NCBI RefSeq assembly: GCF_056712565.1
Contig: NZ_CM160072.1
Strand: one strand, 5' to 3'
DNA length: 64,000 nt
Below are positions 1-13,774 of this stretch, in pieces; position 1 is the first letter of the stretch, and every line of letters begins with the position of its first letter. The position numbers were made by a program, and so were the translations under genes. The notes under the pieces are model-generated. The model saw only the letters and a program-made list of their open reading frames with translations, searched no databases and was not told the origin of the DNA.

Positions 1-304
1 TATATTGCGCGCCCCGTAAGAAGTCAGATGTCGTTTAATGGGTAAATATTGCCCTTAAATTCTCTTTTACTTTTGATTTACAGAGTAAAGCGTTGTGATT
101 ATCTATCTTCCAAGTAGATTATTGTATTTGGGATCAAGATCACTGATAGATACATAACTTGTGTGTATCTTTCCGCCCTCAAATTATTACGGTGGAAAAT
201 GATTAAGCCATCGCCGATAGACAGATTTCATTTTTACGGTCAGGCACCTTCCCGGGCTGAACTGGCTAAAAGCTGAATTATTTGCATTCCTCCAGGAGAA
301 ATAG

Positions 305-1594
305 ATGGAAACGACTCAAACCAGCACGATTGCGTCGAAAGACTCTCGTAGTGCCTGGCGCAAGACAGACACCATGTGGATGCTGGGCCTTTACGGCACG
401 GCAATCGGCGCGGGCGTGCTGTTCCTGCCAATCAACGCTGGTGTTGGCGGTATGATCCCGCTGATCATCATGGCTATCCTTGCGTTCCCGATGACGTTTT
501 TTGCTCACCGCGGCCTGACTCGCTTCGTACTGTCTGGTAAAAACCCGGGCGAAGACATCACCGAGGTTGTAGAAGAACACTTTGGTATTGGCGCAGGTAA
601 ACTGATTACTCTGCTCTACTTCTTCGCTATCTACCCGATCCTGCTGGTTTATAGCGTGGCAATCACCAATACAGTTGAAAGCTTCATGTCTCACCAGCTG
701 GGTATGACGCCACCGCCGCGTGCGATTCTGTCGCTGATCCTGATCGTGGGTATGATGACCATCGTTCGCTTCGGTGAGCAGATGATCGTTAAAGCGATGA
801 GTATTCTGGTATTCCCGTTTGTTGGCGTACTGATGCTGCTGGCTCTGTACCTGATCCCGCAGTGGAACGGCGCAGCACTGGAAACGCTGTCTCTGGACAC
901 TGCATCTGCAACCGGAAACGGTCTGTGGATGACACTGTGGCTGGCAATTCCGGTAATGGTGTTCTCGTTCAACCACTCTCCGATCATCTCTTCTTTCGCC
1001 GTTGCGAAGCGTGAAGAGTACGGCGATATGGCAGAACAGAAATGCTCGAAGATCCTGGCATTCGCACACATCATGATGGTGCTGACCGTAATGTTCTTCG
1101 TCTTCAGCTGCGTACTGAGCCTGACTCCGGCAGACCTGGCTGCGGCTAAAGAGCAGAACATCTCGATTCTGTCTTACCTGGCTAACCACTTTAACGCGCC
1201 GATCATCGCGTGGATGGCTCCGATTATCGCGATTATCGCTATCACCAAATCCTTCCTCGGCCACTACCTGGGCGCACGTGAAGGCTTCAACGGTATGGTG
1301 ATTAAATCTCTGCGTGGTAAAGGTAAGTCTATCGAAATCAACAAGCTGAACCGTATCACTGCGCTGTTCATGCTGGTAACGACCTGGATTGTTGCCACCC
1401 TGAACCCGAGCATCCTGGGTATGATTGAAACCCTGGGCGGCCCAATCATCGCGATGATCCTGTTCCTGATGCCGATGTACGCAATTCAGAAAGTACCGGC
1501 AATGCGTAAATACAGCGGTCACATCAGCAACGTATTCGTTGTCGTGATGGGTCTGATTGCAATCTCCGCAATCTTCTACTCTCTGTTCAGCTAA
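305..1594 (+). CDS. sdaC: serine:H+ symporter SdaC
   Basis: 429-aa multi-TM ORF, N-terminus [20 protein letters not shown], immediately upstream of sdaB as in E. coli. Confidence 0.95.
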   Translation: METTQTSTIASKDSRSAWRKTDTMWMLGLYGTAIGAGVLFLPINAGVGGMIPLIIMAILAFPMTFFAHRGLTRFVLSGKNPGEDITEVVEEHFGIGAGKLITLLYFFAIYPILLVYSVAITNTVESFMSHQLGMTPPPRAILSLILIVGMMTIVRFGEQMIVKAMSILVFPFVGVLMLLALYLIPQWNGAALETLSLDTASATGNGLWMTLWLAIPVMVFSFNHSPIISSFAVAKREEYGDMAEQKCSKILAFAHIMMVLTVMFFVFSCVLSLTPADLAAAKEQNISILSYLANHFNAPIIAWMAPIIAIIAITKSFLGHYLGAREGFNGMVIKSLRGKGKSIEINKLNRITALFMLVTTWIVATLNPSILGMIETLGGPIIAMILFLMPMYAIQKVPAMRKYSGHISNVFVVVMGLIAISAIFYSLFS

Positions 1595-1651
1595 GTCCTT
1601 TCGCGCCGCTTTCGGGCGGCGCTTCCTCCGTTTTAACGCGATGTATTTCCT

Positions 1652-3019
1652 ATGATTAGCGTATTCGATATTTTCAAAATCGGCATTGGCCCTTCCAGTT
1701 CTCATACCGTTGGACCAATGAAAGCGGGTAAACAATTTACCGACGATCTGATTGCCCGTAACCTGCTTAAAGACGTGACCCGCGTGGTGGTTGACGTGTA
1801 CGGCTCGCTCTCTCTGACCGGTAAAGGCCACCACACAGATATCGCCATAATTATGGGTCTGGCGGGTAACCTGCCGGATACCGTGGATATCGATTCCATC
1901 CCTGGTTTTATTCAGGATGTGAATACTCATGGTCGCCTGATGCTGGCAAACGGTCAGCATGAAGTGGAGTTCCCGGTTGATCAGTGCATGAACTTCCATG
2001 CCGACAACCTTTCTCTGCATGAAAACGGTATGCGCATTACCGCGCTGGCGGGCGATAAAGTCGTTTACAGCCAGACTTATTACTCTATCGGCGGTGGCTT
2101 TATTGTTGATGAAGAACATTTTGGTCAGCAGGATAGCGCACCGGTTGAAGTTCCTTATCCGTACAGTTCAGCAGCCGATCTGCAAAAACATTGTCAGGAA
2201 ACCGGGCTGTCACTCTCTGGCCTGATGATGAAAAACGAGCTGGCGCTGCACAGCAAAGAAGAGCTGGAACAGCACCTGGCGAACGTCTGGGAAGTCATGC
2301 GTGGCGGTATTGAGCGCGGTATTTCTACCGAAGGCGTGTTACCTGGCAAACTGCGCGTTCCACGCCGTGCTGCGGCACTACGCCGGATGCTGGTCAGCCA
2401 GGATAAAACCACCACTGACCCGATGGCGGTTGTTGACTGGATCAACATGTTTGCACTGGCAGTGAACGAAGAGAATGCTGCTGGCGGTCGCGTGGTGACT
2501 GCGCCGACTAACGGTGCGTGCGGGATTATTCCGGCCGTGCTGGCGTACTACGACAAGTTTATCCGCGAAGTGAACGCTAACTCACTGGCTCGTTACCTGC
2601 TGGTAGCCAGCGCCATTGGTTCTCTTTATAAGATGAACGCCTCGATTTCTGGTGCCGAAGTCGGCTGCCAGGGTGAAGTCGGCGTGGCGTGCTCAATGGC
2701 GGCAGCTGGTCTGGCAGAACTGTTAGGCGCAAGCCCAGCGCAGGTATGCATCGCGGCGGAAATCGCCATGGAGCACAACCTCGGTCTGACGTGTGACCCG
2801 GTCGCCGGGCAGGTACAGGTGCCGTGCATCGAGCGTAACGCCATTGCGGCAGTGAAAGCAGTAAACGCTGCACGTATGGCGCTGCGCCGTACCAGCGAGC
2901 CACGCGTCTGCCTCGACAAAGTTATCGAAACCATGTACGAAACAGGTAAAGATATGAACGCCAAGTACCGTGAAACGTCTCGCGGCGGCCTGGCAATGAA
3001 AATCGTTGCCTGCGATTAA
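1652..3019 (+). CDS. sdaB: L-serine dehydratase 2 (Fe-S)
   Basis: 455-aa [26 protein letters not shown], length and position match SdaB. Confidence 0.95.
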   Translation: MISVFDIFKIGIGPSSSHTVGPMKAGKQFTDDLIARNLLKDVTRVVVDVYGSLSLTGKGHHTDIAIIMGLAGNLPDTVDIDSIPGFIQDVNTHGRLMLANGQHEVEFPVDQCMNFHADNLSLHENGMRITALAGDKVVYSQTYYSIGGGFIVDEEHFGQQDSAPVEVPYPYSSAADLQKHCQETGLSLSGLMMKNELALHSKEELEQHLANVWEVMRGGIERGISTEGVLPGKLRVPRRAAALRRMLVSQDKTTTDPMAVVDWINMFALAVNEENAAGGRVVTAPTNGACGIIPAVLAYYDKFIREVNANSLARYLLVASAIGSLYKMNASISGAEVGCQGEVGVACSMAAAGLAELLGASPAQVCIAAEIAMEHNLGLTCDPVAGQVQVPCIERNAIAAVKAVNAARMALRRTSEPRVCLDKVIETMYETGKDMNAKYRETSRGGLAMKIVACD

Positions 3020-3886
<867 letters not shown>

Positions 3887-3888
3887 CG

Positions 3889-3975
3889 GCGTGCCGGATG
3901 CAAACGATTATCAACACATTGAATTTCATGCACTTATATGCCGGATAAGACGCGGCTAGCGTCGCATCCGGCATT
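3889..3975. repeat. REP-like palindromic element between convergent xni and fucO
   Basis: inverted repeat tgccggataagacgcg...cgtcgcatccggca. Confidence 0.5.
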
Positions 3976-3990
3976 ATCACATCAGCGTAT

Positions 3991-5142
3991 TTACCAGGCG
4001 GTATGGTAAAGCTCTACAATATCCTCAAGCGTTGCTTCACGCGGGTTGCCACCGGTACAAACATCATCCAGTGCCGCCTGCGCCAGTGCCGGAATGTCTT
4101 CCTTGCGTACACCAACATCACGTAAATGTGGCGGAATACCGACATCACGGTTGAGAGCAAACACCGCTTCAACAGCGGCATTACGCGCCTCTTCCAGGCT
4201 CATACCTTCCACTTTCACGCCCATAACGCGCGCGATATCGCGGTACTTCTCACCGGTAAAGTCAGCGTTATAGCGCATGACATGCGGTAACAGGATGGCA
4301 TTTGCAACACCGTGTGGCGTGTTGTAAAACGCGCCCAGTGGATGCGCCATACCATGCACCAACCCTAACCCAACATTCGAGAATCCCATACCCGCAACAT
4401 ACTGCCCGAGCGCCATTTCTTCTCCGGCATCCTTATCACCAGCAACCGTTCCTCGCAGCGCCCCAGCAATGATTTCAATCGCTTTAATGTGCAGCGCATC
4501 GGTTAGCGCCCACGCGCCACGGGTAATATACCCCTCAATAGCATGAGTGAGCGCATCGACACCCGTCGCGGCTTTCAGCGCTGGAGGCATACCATCCATC
4601 ATGTCAGCGTCAATAAACGCCACCTGCGGGATATCATGCGGATCAACGCAAACAAACTTGCGCCGTTTCTCTTCGTCAGTGATCACGTAGTTAATGGTCA
4701 CTTCTGCCGCAGTGCCTGCTGTGGTGGGGATTGCCAGAATCGGTACACTGGGTTTATTGGTCGGGGAAAGCCCTTCCAGGCTACGCACATCGGCAAACTC
4801 CGGGTTGTTGCTGATAATGCCAATCGCTTTACACGTATCCTGTGGAGAACCACCACCAATAGCGATCAGGTAATCCGCGCCGCTATTCTGGAATACATCG
4901 AGCCCTTCTTTGACGACAGTAATTGTTGGGTTAGGTACTACGCCGTCGTAAATCGCCCATGCCAGTCCTGCCGCATCCATCTTATCGATCACTTTCGCCA
5001 CCACGCCGCATTGCACCAGCGTTTTATCGGTGACGATCAGCGCCTTCTGATAACCACGGCGTTTCACTTCATCGGTTAAAGCTCCAACAGCACCTCGACC
5101 AAACCATGCCGTTTCGTTCAGAATCATTCTGTTAGCCATCAT
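3991..5142 (-). CDS. fucO: L-1,2-propanediol oxidoreductase (lactaldehyde reductase)
   Basis: 383-aa ORF (M)MANRMILNETAWFGRGAVGAL, iron-containing alcohol dehydrogenase family. Confidence 0.95.
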   Translation of the reverse strand: MMANRMILNETAWFGRGAVGALTDEVKRRGYQKALIVTDKTLVQCGVVAKVIDKMDAAGLAWAIYDGVVPNPTITVVKEGLDVFQNSGADYLIAIGGGSPQDTCKAIGIISNNPEFADVRSLEGLSPTNKPSVPILAIPTTAGTAAEVTINYVITDEEKRRKFVCVDPHDIPQVAFIDADMMDGMPPALKAATGVDALTHAIEGYITRGAWALTDALHIKAIEIIAGALRGTVAGDKDAGEEMALGQYVAGMGFSNVGLGLVHGMAHPLGAFYNTPHGVANAILLPHVMRYNADFTGEKYRDIARVMGVKVEGMSLEEARNAAVEAVFALNRDVGIPPHLRDVGVRKEDIPALAQAALDDVCTGGNPREATLEDIVELYHTAW

Positions 5143-5166
5143 CCTTCTCCTTGTTGCTTTACGAAA

Positions 5167-5814
5167 TTACTCTTCAATCCGTAACCCGTAGGTTTTGAAT
5201 TTCTCCAGCACTACGGCAATCTCTTCATCGCTCAGCACTGGCACCGGGTCCGTAATCGCCAGGGTCGTCAGGTAAAGTTGTGCCAGCACTTCAACTTCAT
5301 GCGCCAGCCATAACGCTTTCTCCAGATTCGCCTCACAAGCGATAAGCCCATGATGTTGTAACAAAGTTGCCTTACGATTTTTGAGAGCCAGCGCAACATG
5401 TTCAGAAAGTTCGCGTGTTCCAAAGGTCGCATAAGGCGCGCAAGGAATAGAATTACCGCCAGCCGCCGCAATCATGTAGTGAATCGCGGGGATCGGTCGG
5501 TTAAGAATGGAAACTGCCGTACAATGAACGGCATGATTGTGAACAACCGCGTTGGCATCCGGTCTGCTTTGATAGGCCGCCATATGGAAACGCCACTCGC
5601 TTGAGGGGAGCTTTCCTTCCTCATGTTTGCCGTTGCCATCAATAAAGACAATATGCGACTCCGTCAGTTTTTCATATGGAATACCTGTAGGCGTAATCAG
5701 CATCCCATCCTGATAACGTACACTGACGTTACCCGCTGTCCCCTGGTTCAGCCCCAGGCGAGTCATTTCCAGGCAAGTGTCAATAATCTGACGAGCAAGT
5801 TTATTTCGTTCCAT
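5167..5814 (-). CDS. fucA: L-fuculose-phosphate aldolase
   Basis: 215-aa ORF MERNKLARQIIDTCLEMTRLGLNQGTAGNVS. Confidence 0.95.
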   Translation of the reverse strand: MERNKLARQIIDTCLEMTRLGLNQGTAGNVSVRYQDGMLITPTGIPYEKLTESHIVFIDGNGKHEEGKLPSSEWRFHMAAYQSRPDANAVVHNHAVHCTAVSILNRPIPAIHYMIAAAGGNSIPCAPYATFGTRELSEHVALALKNRKATLLQHHGLIACEANLEKALWLAHEVEVLAQLYLTTLAITDPVPVLSDEEIAVVLEKFKTYGLRIEE

Positions 5815-6360
5815 TAGCTACCTCTCTCTGATTCAAAACAGGGCAATAATGTTGTTCCTTTCACACTATTGAATTAGCCGTTTAATTACTCACCATATTC
5901 TTCCTGATTAACCAGAAAGAAATTCACAAGCTTATATTTTGTGACCTGGTTCAACTAATCACAGTAAATAACTGCAATTTCTCTTTTTATAACCACATTA
6001 AAAATGACCGCTCTTAAGAATATTTATCAAAACGGTCATTTTTCTACTCCTCCCTGCCAGGAATGCCCGTTTTCGGCACAAACAATTAATACGGTCATCT
6101 GGTTTGTGTTTTTTATGATTTATTTTCTGAAACGGGCATGAAATTTCGATTATTAAAGTGATGGTAGTCACATAAAGTCACCTTCCAGCTAATAAGTGTG
6201 ACCGCCGTCATATTACAGACCGTTTTTTATTTGAAAATGAATCCATGAGTTCATTTCAGACAGGCAAATATTCACTGATATGAAGCCCGAACTCGCTGGT
6301 TTTGCACTTTTGAAAACATAACCGATTACGTGCTTAAGCTTCTGAACCTAAGAGGATGCT
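5815..6360. promoter_or_regulatory. divergent fucAO / fucPIKUR control region
   Basis: 546-bp AT-rich non-coding gap between divergent fucA and fucP; individual promoter and activator sites not mapped here. Confidence 0.5.
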
Positions 6361-7676
6361 ATGGGAAACACATCAATACAAACGCAGAGTTACCGTGCGG
6401 TAGATAAAGATGCAGGGCAAAGCAGAAGTTACATTATTCCATTCGCGCTGCTGTGCTCACTGTTTTTTCTTTGGGCGGTAGCCAATAACCTTAACGACAT
6501 TTTATTGCCTCAATTCCAGCAGGCTTTTACGCTGACAAATTTCCAGGCTGGCCTGATCCAATCGGCCTTTTACTTTGGTTATTTCATTATCCCAATCCCT
6601 GCCGGGATATTGATGAAAAAACTCAGTTATAAAGCAGGGATTATTACCGGATTGTTTTTATATGCCTTCGGCGCTGCATTATTCTGGCCCGCCGCAGAAA
6701 TAATGAACTACACCTTGTTTTTAGTTGGCCTATTTATTATTGCAGCCGGATTAGGTTGTCTGGAAACTGCCGCAAACCCTTTTGTTACGGTATTAGGGCC
6801 GGAAAGCAGTGGTCACTTCCGCTTAAATCTTGCGCAAACATTTAACTCATTTGGCGCAATTATCGCGGTTGTCTTTGGGCAAAGTCTTATTTTGTCTAAC
6901 GTGCCACATCAATCGCAAGACGTTCTCGATAAAATGTCTCCAGAGCAATTGAGTGCGTATAAACACAGCCTGGTATTATCGGTACAGACACCTTATATGA
7001 TCATCGTGGCTATCGTGTTACTGGTCGCCCTGCTGATCATGCTGACGAAATTCCCGGCATTGCAGAGTGATAATCACAGTGACGCCAAACAAGGATCGTT
7101 CTCCGCATCGCTTTCTCGCCTGGCGCGTATTCGCCACTGGCGCTGGGCAGTATTAGCGCAATTCTGCTACGTCGGCGCACAAACAGCCTGCTGGAGCTAT
7201 TTGATTCGCTACGCTGTAGAAGAAATTCCAGGTATGACAGCAGGTTTTGCCGCTAACTATTTAACCGGAACCATGGTGTGCTTCTTTATTGGTCGTTTCA
7301 CCGGTACCTGGCTCATCAGTCGCTTCGCACCACACAAAGTCCTGGCAGCCTACGCATTAATCGCTATGGCACTGTGCCTGATCTCAGCCTTCGCTGGCGG
7401 TCATGTGGGTTTAATAGCCCTGACTTTATGCAGTGCCTTTATGTCGATTCAGTACCCAACAATCTTCTCGCTGGGCATTAAGAATCTCGCCAGGACACCA
7501 AATACGGTTCGTCCTTCATCGTTATGACCATTATTGGCGGCGGTATTGTCACTCCGGTCATGGGGTTTGTCAGTGACGCAGCGGGCAACATCCCCACTGC
7601 CGAACTGCTCCCGGCACTCTGCTTCGCAGTCATCTTTATCTTTGCCCGTTTCCGTTCTCAAACGGCAACTAACTGA
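6361..7676 (+). pseudogene. fucP: L-fucose:H+ symporter FucP, disrupted by a 1-bp frameshift near 7488
   Basis: ORF 6361-7527 ends ...SLGIKNLARTPNTVRPSSL*; the expected C-terminus FIVMTIIGGGIVTPVMGFVSDAAGNIPTAEL...RFRSQTATN continues in the +1 frame to a stop at 7674-7676; the whole span is 1316 nt, one short of 3 x 439. Confidence 0.8.
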
Positions 7677-7708
7677 ACATATTTTCCGAATAAAGTGAGG
7701 AATCAGTA

Positions 7709-9484
7709 ATGAAAAAAATCAGCTTACCGAAAATTGGTATCCGCCCGGTTATTGACGGTCGTCGCATGGGTGTTCGTGAGTCGCTTGAAGAACAAACAAT
7801 GAATATGGCGAAAGCCACGGCTGCACTGCTGACCGAGAAACTGCGCCATGCCTGCGGAGCTGCCGTCGAGTGTGTCATTTCCGATACCTGTATCGCGGGT
7901 ATGGCTGAAGCCGCTGCTTGCGAAGAAAAATTCAGCAGTCAGAATGTAGGCCTCACCATTACGGTAACCCCTTGCTGGTGCTATGGCAGTGAAACCATCG
8001 ACATGGATCCAACCCGCCCGAAAGCCATTTGGGGCTTTAACGGCACTGAACGTCCCGGCGCTGTTTACCTGGCAGCGGCTCTGGCAGCTCACAGCCAGAA
8101 AGGCATCCCGGCATTCTCCATTTACGGTCATGACGTTCAGGATGCCGATGACACATCGATTCCTGCCGATGTTGAAGAAAAACTGCTGCGCTTTGCCCGC
8201 GCCGGTTTAGCAGTCGCCAGCATGAAAGGTAAAAGCTATCTGTCGCTGGGCGGCGTTTCGATGGGTATCGCCGGTTCCATCGTTGATCATAACTTCTTTG
8301 AATCCTGGCTGGGAATGAAAGTCCAGGCGGTGGATATGACCGAACTGCGTCGCCGTATCGATCAGAAGATTTACGACGAAGCCGAACTGGAAATGGCGCT
8401 GGCCTGGGCTGATAAAAACTTCCGCTATGGCGAAGATGAAAATAACAAACAGTATCAACGCAATGCCGAGCAAAGCCGCGCAGTTCTGCGCGAAAGTTTA
8501 CTGATGGCGATGTGTATCCGCGACATGATGCAAGGCAACAGCAAACTGGCCGATATTGGTCGCGTGGAAGAATCACTTGGCTACAACGCCATCGCTGCAG
8601 GCTTCCAGGGGCAACGTCACTGGACCGATCAATATCCCAATGGCGATACCGCTGAAGCGATCCTCAACAGTTCATTTGACTGGAATGGCGTGCGCAAACC
8701 GTTTGTCGTGGCGACCGAAAACGACAGTCTTAACGGCGTGGCAATGTTAATGGGCCACCAGCTCACCGGCACCGCTCAGGTATTTGCCGATGTCCGTACC
8801 TACTGGTCACCAGAAGCAATTGAGCGTGTAACGGGGCATAAACTGGACGGGCTGGCAGAACACGGCATCATCCATTTGATCAACTCCGGTTCTGCTGCGC
8901 TGGACGGTTCCTGTAAACAACGCGACAGCGAAGGTAAACCGACGATGAAGCCGCACTGGGAAATCTCTCAGCAAGAGGCTGACGCTTGCCTCGCCGCTAC
9001 CGAATGGTGCCCGGCGATCCACGAATACTTCCGTGGCGGCGGTTACTCTTCCCGCTTTCTTACCGAAGGCGGCGTCCCGTTCACCATGACTCGTGTCAAC
9101 ATCATCAAAGGCCTGGGACCGGTACTGCAAATCGCGGAAGGCTGGAGCGTGGAATTGCCGAAGGATGTGCATGACATCCTCAACAAACGCACCAACTCAA
9201 CCTGGCCAACCACCTGGTTTGCACCGCGCCTCACCGGTAAAGGGCCGTTTACGGATGTGTACTCGGTAATGGCGAACTGGGGCGCTAACCACGGGGTTCT
9301 GACCATCGGCCACGTTGGCGCAGACTTTATCACTCTTGCCTCCATGCTGCGTATCCCGGTATGTATGCACAACGTTGAAGAGACCAAAGTGTATCGTCCT
9401 TCTGCCTGGGCCGCGCACGGCATGGATATTGAAGGCCAGGATTACCGCGCTTGCCAGAACTACGGCCCGTTGTACAAGCGTTAA
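7709..9484 (+). CDS. fucI: L-fucose isomerase
   Basis: 591-aa [33 protein letters not shown]. Confidence 0.95.
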   Translation: MKKISLPKIGIRPVIDGRRMGVRESLEEQTMNMAKATAALLTEKLRHACGAAVECVISDTCIAGMAEAAACEEKFSSQNVGLTITVTPCWCYGSETIDMDPTRPKAIWGFNGTERPGAVYLAAALAAHSQKGIPAFSIYGHDVQDADDTSIPADVEEKLLRFARAGLAVASMKGKSYLSLGGVSMGIAGSIVDHNFFESWLGMKVQAVDMTELRRRIDQKIYDEAELEMALAWADKNFRYGEDENNKQYQRNAEQSRAVLRESLLMAMCIRDMMQGNSKLADIGRVEESLGYNAIAAGFQGQRHWTDQYPNGDTAEAILNSSFDWNGVRKPFVVATENDSLNGVAMLMGHQLTGTAQVFADVRTYWSPEAIERVTGHKLDGLAEHGIIHLINSGSAALDGSCKQRDSEGKPTMKPHWEISQQEADACLAATEWCPAIHEYFRGGGYSSRFLTEGGVPFTMTRVNIIKGLGPVLQIAEGWSVELPKDVHDILNKRTNSTWPTTWFAPRLTGKGPFTDVYSVMANWGANHGVLTIGHVGADFITLASMLRIPVCMHNVEETKVYRPSAWAAHGMDIEGQDYRACQNYGPLYKR

Positions 9485-9550
9485 TACATTACTCCCTGAT
9501 GTGATGCCCGGTCGCTCCGGCTACCGGGCCTGAACAAGCAAGAGTGGTTA

Positions 9551-9578
9551 GCCGGATAAGCAATGTTATCCGGCTATA
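9551..9578. repeat. short palindrome (REP-like) in fucI-fucK spacer
   Basis: tagccggataagcaatgttatccggcta. Confidence 0.3.
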
Positions 9579-9592
9579 TTGCAGGAGCGATT

Positions 9593-11011
9593 ATGAAACA
9601 AGAAGTTATCCTGGTACTCGACTGTGGCGCGACCAATGTCAGGGCCATCGCGGTTAATCGGCAGGGAAAAATTGTTGCCCGCGCCTCAACGCCTAATGCC
9701 AGCGATATCGCGATGGAAAACAACACCTGGCACCAGTGGTCTTTAGACGCCATTTTGCAACGCTTTGCTGATTGCTGTCGGCAAATCAATAGTGAACTGA
9801 CTGATTGCCACATCCGCGGTATCGCCGTCACCACCTTTGGTGTGGATGGCGCTCTGGTAGATAAGCAAGGCAATCTGCTCTATCCGATCATTAGCTGGAA
9901 ATGTCCGCGAACAGCCGCGGTAATGGACCATATTGAACGGTTGATCTCCGCACAGCAGTTGCAGGCTATTTCTGGAGTCGGAGCCTTTAGTTTCAATACG
10001 TTATATAAGTTGGTGTGGTTGAAAGAAAATCATCCACAACTGCTGGAACGCGCGCACGCCTGGCTCTTTATTTCGTCGCTGATTAACCACCGTTTAACCG
10101 GCGAATTCACTACTGATATTACGATGGCCGGAACCAGCCAGATGCTGGATATCCAGCAACGCGATTTCAGTCCGCAAATTTTACAAGCCACCGGTATTCC
10201 ACGCCGACTCTTCCCTCGTCTGGTGGAAGCGGGTGAACAGATTGGTACGCTACAGAACAGCGCCGCAGCAATGCTCGGCTTACCCGTTGGCATACCGGTG
10301 ATTTCCGCAGGTCACGATACCCAGTTCGCCCTTTTTGGCGCTGGTGCCGAACAAAATGAACCCGTGCTCTCTTCCGGTACATGGGAAATTTTAATGGTCC
10401 GCAGCGCCCAGGTTGATACTTCGCTGTTAAGTCAGTACGCCGGTTCTACCTGCGAACTGGATAGCCAGGCAGGGTTGTATAACCCAGGTATGCAATGGCT
10501 GGCATCCGGCGTGCTGGAATGGGTGAGAAAACTGTTCTGGACGGCTGAAACTCCCTGGCAAATATTGATTGAAGAAGCTCGCCTGATCGCGCCTGGCGCA
10601 GATGGAGTGAAAATGCAGTGTGATTTATTGTCGTGCCAGAACGCTGGCTGGCAAGGCGTAACGCTTAATACCACGCGGGGGCATTTCTATCGCGCGGCGC
10701 TGGAAGGGTTAACCACGCAATTACAGCGCAATCTACAGATGCTGGAAAAAATCGGGCACTTTAAAGCCTCTGAATTATTGTTAGTCGGCGGAGGAAGTCG
10801 CAACACATTGTGGAATCAGATTAAAGCCAATATGCTTGATATTCCGGTAAAAGTTCTCGACGATGCCGAAACGACCGTCGCAGGAGCTGCGCTGTTTGGT
10901 TGGTATGGCGTAGGGGAATTTAACAGCCCGGAAGAAGCCCGTGCACAGATTCATTATCAGTACCGTTATTTCTACCCGCAAACTGAACCTGAATTTATAG
11001 AGGAGGTGTGA
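9593..11011 (+). CDS. fucK: L-fuculokinase
   Basis: ORF 9563-11011; conserved start [21 protein letters not shown] at ATG 9593 with upstream gcaggag RBS; FGGY kinase family. Confidence 0.9.
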
Positions 11012-11012
11012 A

Positions 11013-11435
11013 ATGCTGAAAACAATTTCGCCGTTAATTTCTCCCGAACTATTGAAAGTGCTGGCAGAGATGGGGCATGGAGATGAAATTATTTTTTCCG
11101 ATGCTCACTTTCCCGCCCATTCGATGGGACCGCAGGTGATCCGCGCTGATGGCCTGTTGGTGAGCGACTTGCTCCAGGCGATTATCCCGTTATTTGAGCT
11201 GGACAGTTATGCACCACCGCTGGTGATGATGGCGGCGGTAGAAGGTGACACTCTCGATCCTGAAGTAGAACGACGTTATCGTAATGCGCTTTCACTACAA
11301 GCCCCCTGTCCTGACATCATCCGCATCAATCGTTTTGCGTTTTATGAACGGGCGCAAAAAGCCTTTGCGATCGTTATCACAGGCGAACGAGCGAAGTACG
11401 GGAATATTCTTTTAAAAAAAGGGGTAACACCGTAA
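11013..11435 (+). CDS. fucU: L-fucose mutarotase
   Basis: 140-aa [37 protein letters not shown] (RbsD/FucU family). Confidence 0.95.
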
Positions 11436-11492
11436 TCTCATACCGGTACGCCCGCATGACGCGGGCGGTTATCGAATGATGGGGTGAAAAAT

Positions 11493-12224
11493 ATGAAAGC
11501 GGCACGCCAGCAAGCGATAGTCGACCTGCTGCTGAACCATACCAGCCTGACCACGGAAGCTCTCTCTGAACAGCTAAAGGTCAGTAAAGAAACCATTCGT
11601 CGCGATCTCAATGAATTACAGACGCAGGGTAAAATTCTGCGCAATCATGGGCGCGCTAAATATATCCACCGTCAAAATCAAGACAGTGGCGATCCCTTTC
11701 ACATCCGGCTGAAAAGCCATTATGCGCATAAAGCAGATATCGCGCGCGAGGCGCTCGCGTGGATTGAAGAAGGGATGGTGATAGCCTTAGACGCCAGTTC
11801 AACCTGCTGGTATCTGGCACGCCAGTTGCCTGACATCAACATCCAGGTCTTCACCAATAGCCATCCGATTTGCCATGAACTCGGTAAACGCGAACGCATT
11901 AAACTGATCAGTTCCGGCGGCACACTTGAGCGCAAATATGGCTGTTACGTCAATCCCTCGCTGATTTCCCAACTTAAATCGCTGGAAATCGATCTGTTTA
12001 TTTTTTCTTGTGAAGGGATCGATAGCAGCGGCGCACTGTGGGACTCCAATGCCATCAACGCTGATTACAAATCAATGTTATTAAAACGTGCCGCGCAATC
12101 GTTGTTATTGATTGATAAAAGTAAATTTAATCGTTCAGGGGAAGCCCGCATCGGGCATCTGGATGAGGTAACGCACATTATTTCTGATGAGCGCCAGGTT
12201 ACAACTTCTTTGGTAACAGCCTGA
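11493..12224 (+). CDS. fucR: DeoR-family activator of the fuc regulon
   Basis: ORF 11484-12224; ATG at 11493 gives 243 aa MKAARQQAIVDLL with an HTH region. Confidence 0.9.
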   Translation: MKAARQQAIVDLLLNHTSLTTEALSEQLKVSKETIRRDLNELQTQGKILRNHGRAKYIHRQNQDSGDPFHIRLKSHYAHKADIAREALAWIEEGMVIALDASSTCWYLARQLPDINIQVFTNSHPICHELGKRERIKLISSGGTLERKYGCYVNPSLISQLKSLEIDLFIFSCEGIDSSGALWDSNAINADYKSMLLKRAAQSLLLIDKSKFNRSGEARIGHLDEVTHIISDERQVTTSLVTA

Positions 12225-12267
12225 CGGAAAGGGTAGCAGGCCGGAGACGACGCCCCGGCCTTACCTG

Positions 12268-13368
12268 TTATCGCTCGTCGCGACGACCACCCACCGCAGC
12301 CCAGATACGGCGGACGTGCACCGTCACTTCTTCGCGATCGTGATACAACTGCCGCGCCTGAATCTGAGCATTTATGCCATGTTCATCAAGCTGTGCCTGA
12401 ATATACGCCAGATTGTGTGACACTTCTTCGTAGCGTTTTTTCATCGGCAGTTTGAGATTGAAGATAGTTTCACGGCACCAGCCATTAACCAGCCACTGCG
12501 CCATTAATGCCGCAACTTTCGCCGGTTTTTCAACCATATCGCATACCATCCAGGAGATATTGCTGCATGTCGGACGGAATTTGAAACCGTCTTCCCGCAG
12601 CCACGTCACCTGCCCGGTATCCATCAGACTTTGCGCCATCGGGCCGTTGTCGACGGAATAAACCCACATGTTGCGCTTCACCAGTTGGTAGGTCCAGCCG
12701 CCTGGGCAAGCACCTAAATCCACCGCCCACATCCCGTTCGCCAGGCGTTCATCCCACTCATCCGCGGGAATAAACACATGAAATGCCTCTTCCAGTTTGA
12801 GCGTGGAACGACTCGGCGCATCTGCCGGAAATTTCAGGCGCGGAATGCCCATATAGAACGGCGAATTATTGCTGCTGTATGAGTAACCAGTATAGCAACA
12901 GCCTGGTGCAATAAAGAATACATGCACAACCGGACGCTTCGGCGTTTCATAGTTCGCCAGCACCCCCGCATCACGCAAGGCAGCGCGTAGCGGCACGGTG
13001 AATTTACGGCAGAATTTCAGCAACTCTTTGCTTTCGTTGGTATCGGCAACTTCAACACGCAGTTCACCGCCCTTCTCTACTACACCCTGTAACATGCCGA
13101 CAATGGGGGTAATACGATCTTCTGGCGGCAAATGCTGCAGGAGTTCCCCCACCACAAACCACTGGCGGGCAAAAATTAATGAACTGAACGGCAGCTCACG
13201 GATTAACTTATCGCCATCATCAGGTTGATAACATTCATAAATGACATAACCCGCATTCTCTTTCACGCGGGCAAAACCGAAAATTTCCCGCTGACCGGCT
13301 TTATCGGTAATTTCTGCGGCGCACTCTTTTTCAAAGCCCGGACGGCACAGCAATACAACCTTATTCAT
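12268..13368 (-). CDS. rlmM: 23S rRNA 2'-O-ribose methyltransferase RlmM
   Basis: 366-aa [27 protein letters not shown]. Confidence 0.9.
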   Translation of the reverse strand: MNKVVLLCRPGFEKECAAEITDKAGQREIFGFARVKENAGYVIYECYQPDDGDKLIRELPFSSLIFARQWFVVGELLQHLPPEDRITPIVGMLQGVVEKGGELRVEVADTNESKELLKFCRKFTVPLRAALRDAGVLANYETPKRPVVHVFFIAPGCCYTGYSYSSNNSPFYMGIPRLKFPADAPSRSTLKLEEAFHVFIPADEWDERLANGMWAVDLGACPGGWTYQLVKRNMWVYSVDNGPMAQSLMDTGQVTWLREDGFKFRPTCSNISWMVCDMVEKPAKVAALMAQWLVNGWCRETIFNLKLPMKKRYEEVSHNLAYIQAQLDEHGINAQIQARQLYHDREEVTVHVRRIWAAVGGRRDER

Positions 13369-13756
13369 GACTTACGCCCTTGCGCTTTAAACGGATAGCA
13401 CCAATTAACATTAACGCCCAGCCCGCAAGGAAGCTCACGCCGCCAACCGGTGTGACAAATGCCCACAAACGCAGATGGGACAGCGCCAGGCAATAAAGGC
13501 TGCCGCTGAACAGCACCGTGCCTAACGCGAGGAAAACGCTACTCCAGTAAAACCAGATACTGATGCGACGCTGCATTGCCACCGCCAGACCTAAGATCGC
13601 CAGCGTATGAAACGCCTGGTATTCGAGGCCGGTCTGGATCCAGCCCATCTCAACGGCTCCCATGGTTTTACTTAACACATGCGCGCCAAAAGCGCCCAGA
13701 GCTACAAAAATGAAGCCGCTAATGGCGGCGAAAATCAGCATAAAACGGCTGGTCAT
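13361..13756 (-). CDS. ygdD: DUF423 inner-membrane protein YgdD
   Basis: 131-aa hydrophobic ORF overlapping the rlmM start by 8 nt. Confidence 0.85.
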   Translation of the reverse strand: MTSRFMLIFAAISGFIFVALGAFGAHVLSKTMGAVEMGWIQTGLEYQAFHTLAILGLAVAMQRRISIWFYWSSVFLALGTVLFSGSLYCLALSHLRLWAFVTPVGGVSFLAGWALMLIGAIRLKRKGVSHE

Positions 13757-13774
13757 GGTCGTACCCTACGTAAA

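Noticed and set aside
1595-1651. Hairpin between sdaC and sdaB as a full terminator
   Set aside because: A GC-rich stem (gcgccgctttcgggcggcgc) is present but the T-run is weak and the two genes are expected to be co-transcribed; left uncalled.
278-2119. 613-aa minus-strand ORF spanning sdaC and sdaB
   Set aside because: Antisense to two well-supported genes, His/Arg/Gln-rich low-complexity translation, no recognisable domain; a chance open frame.
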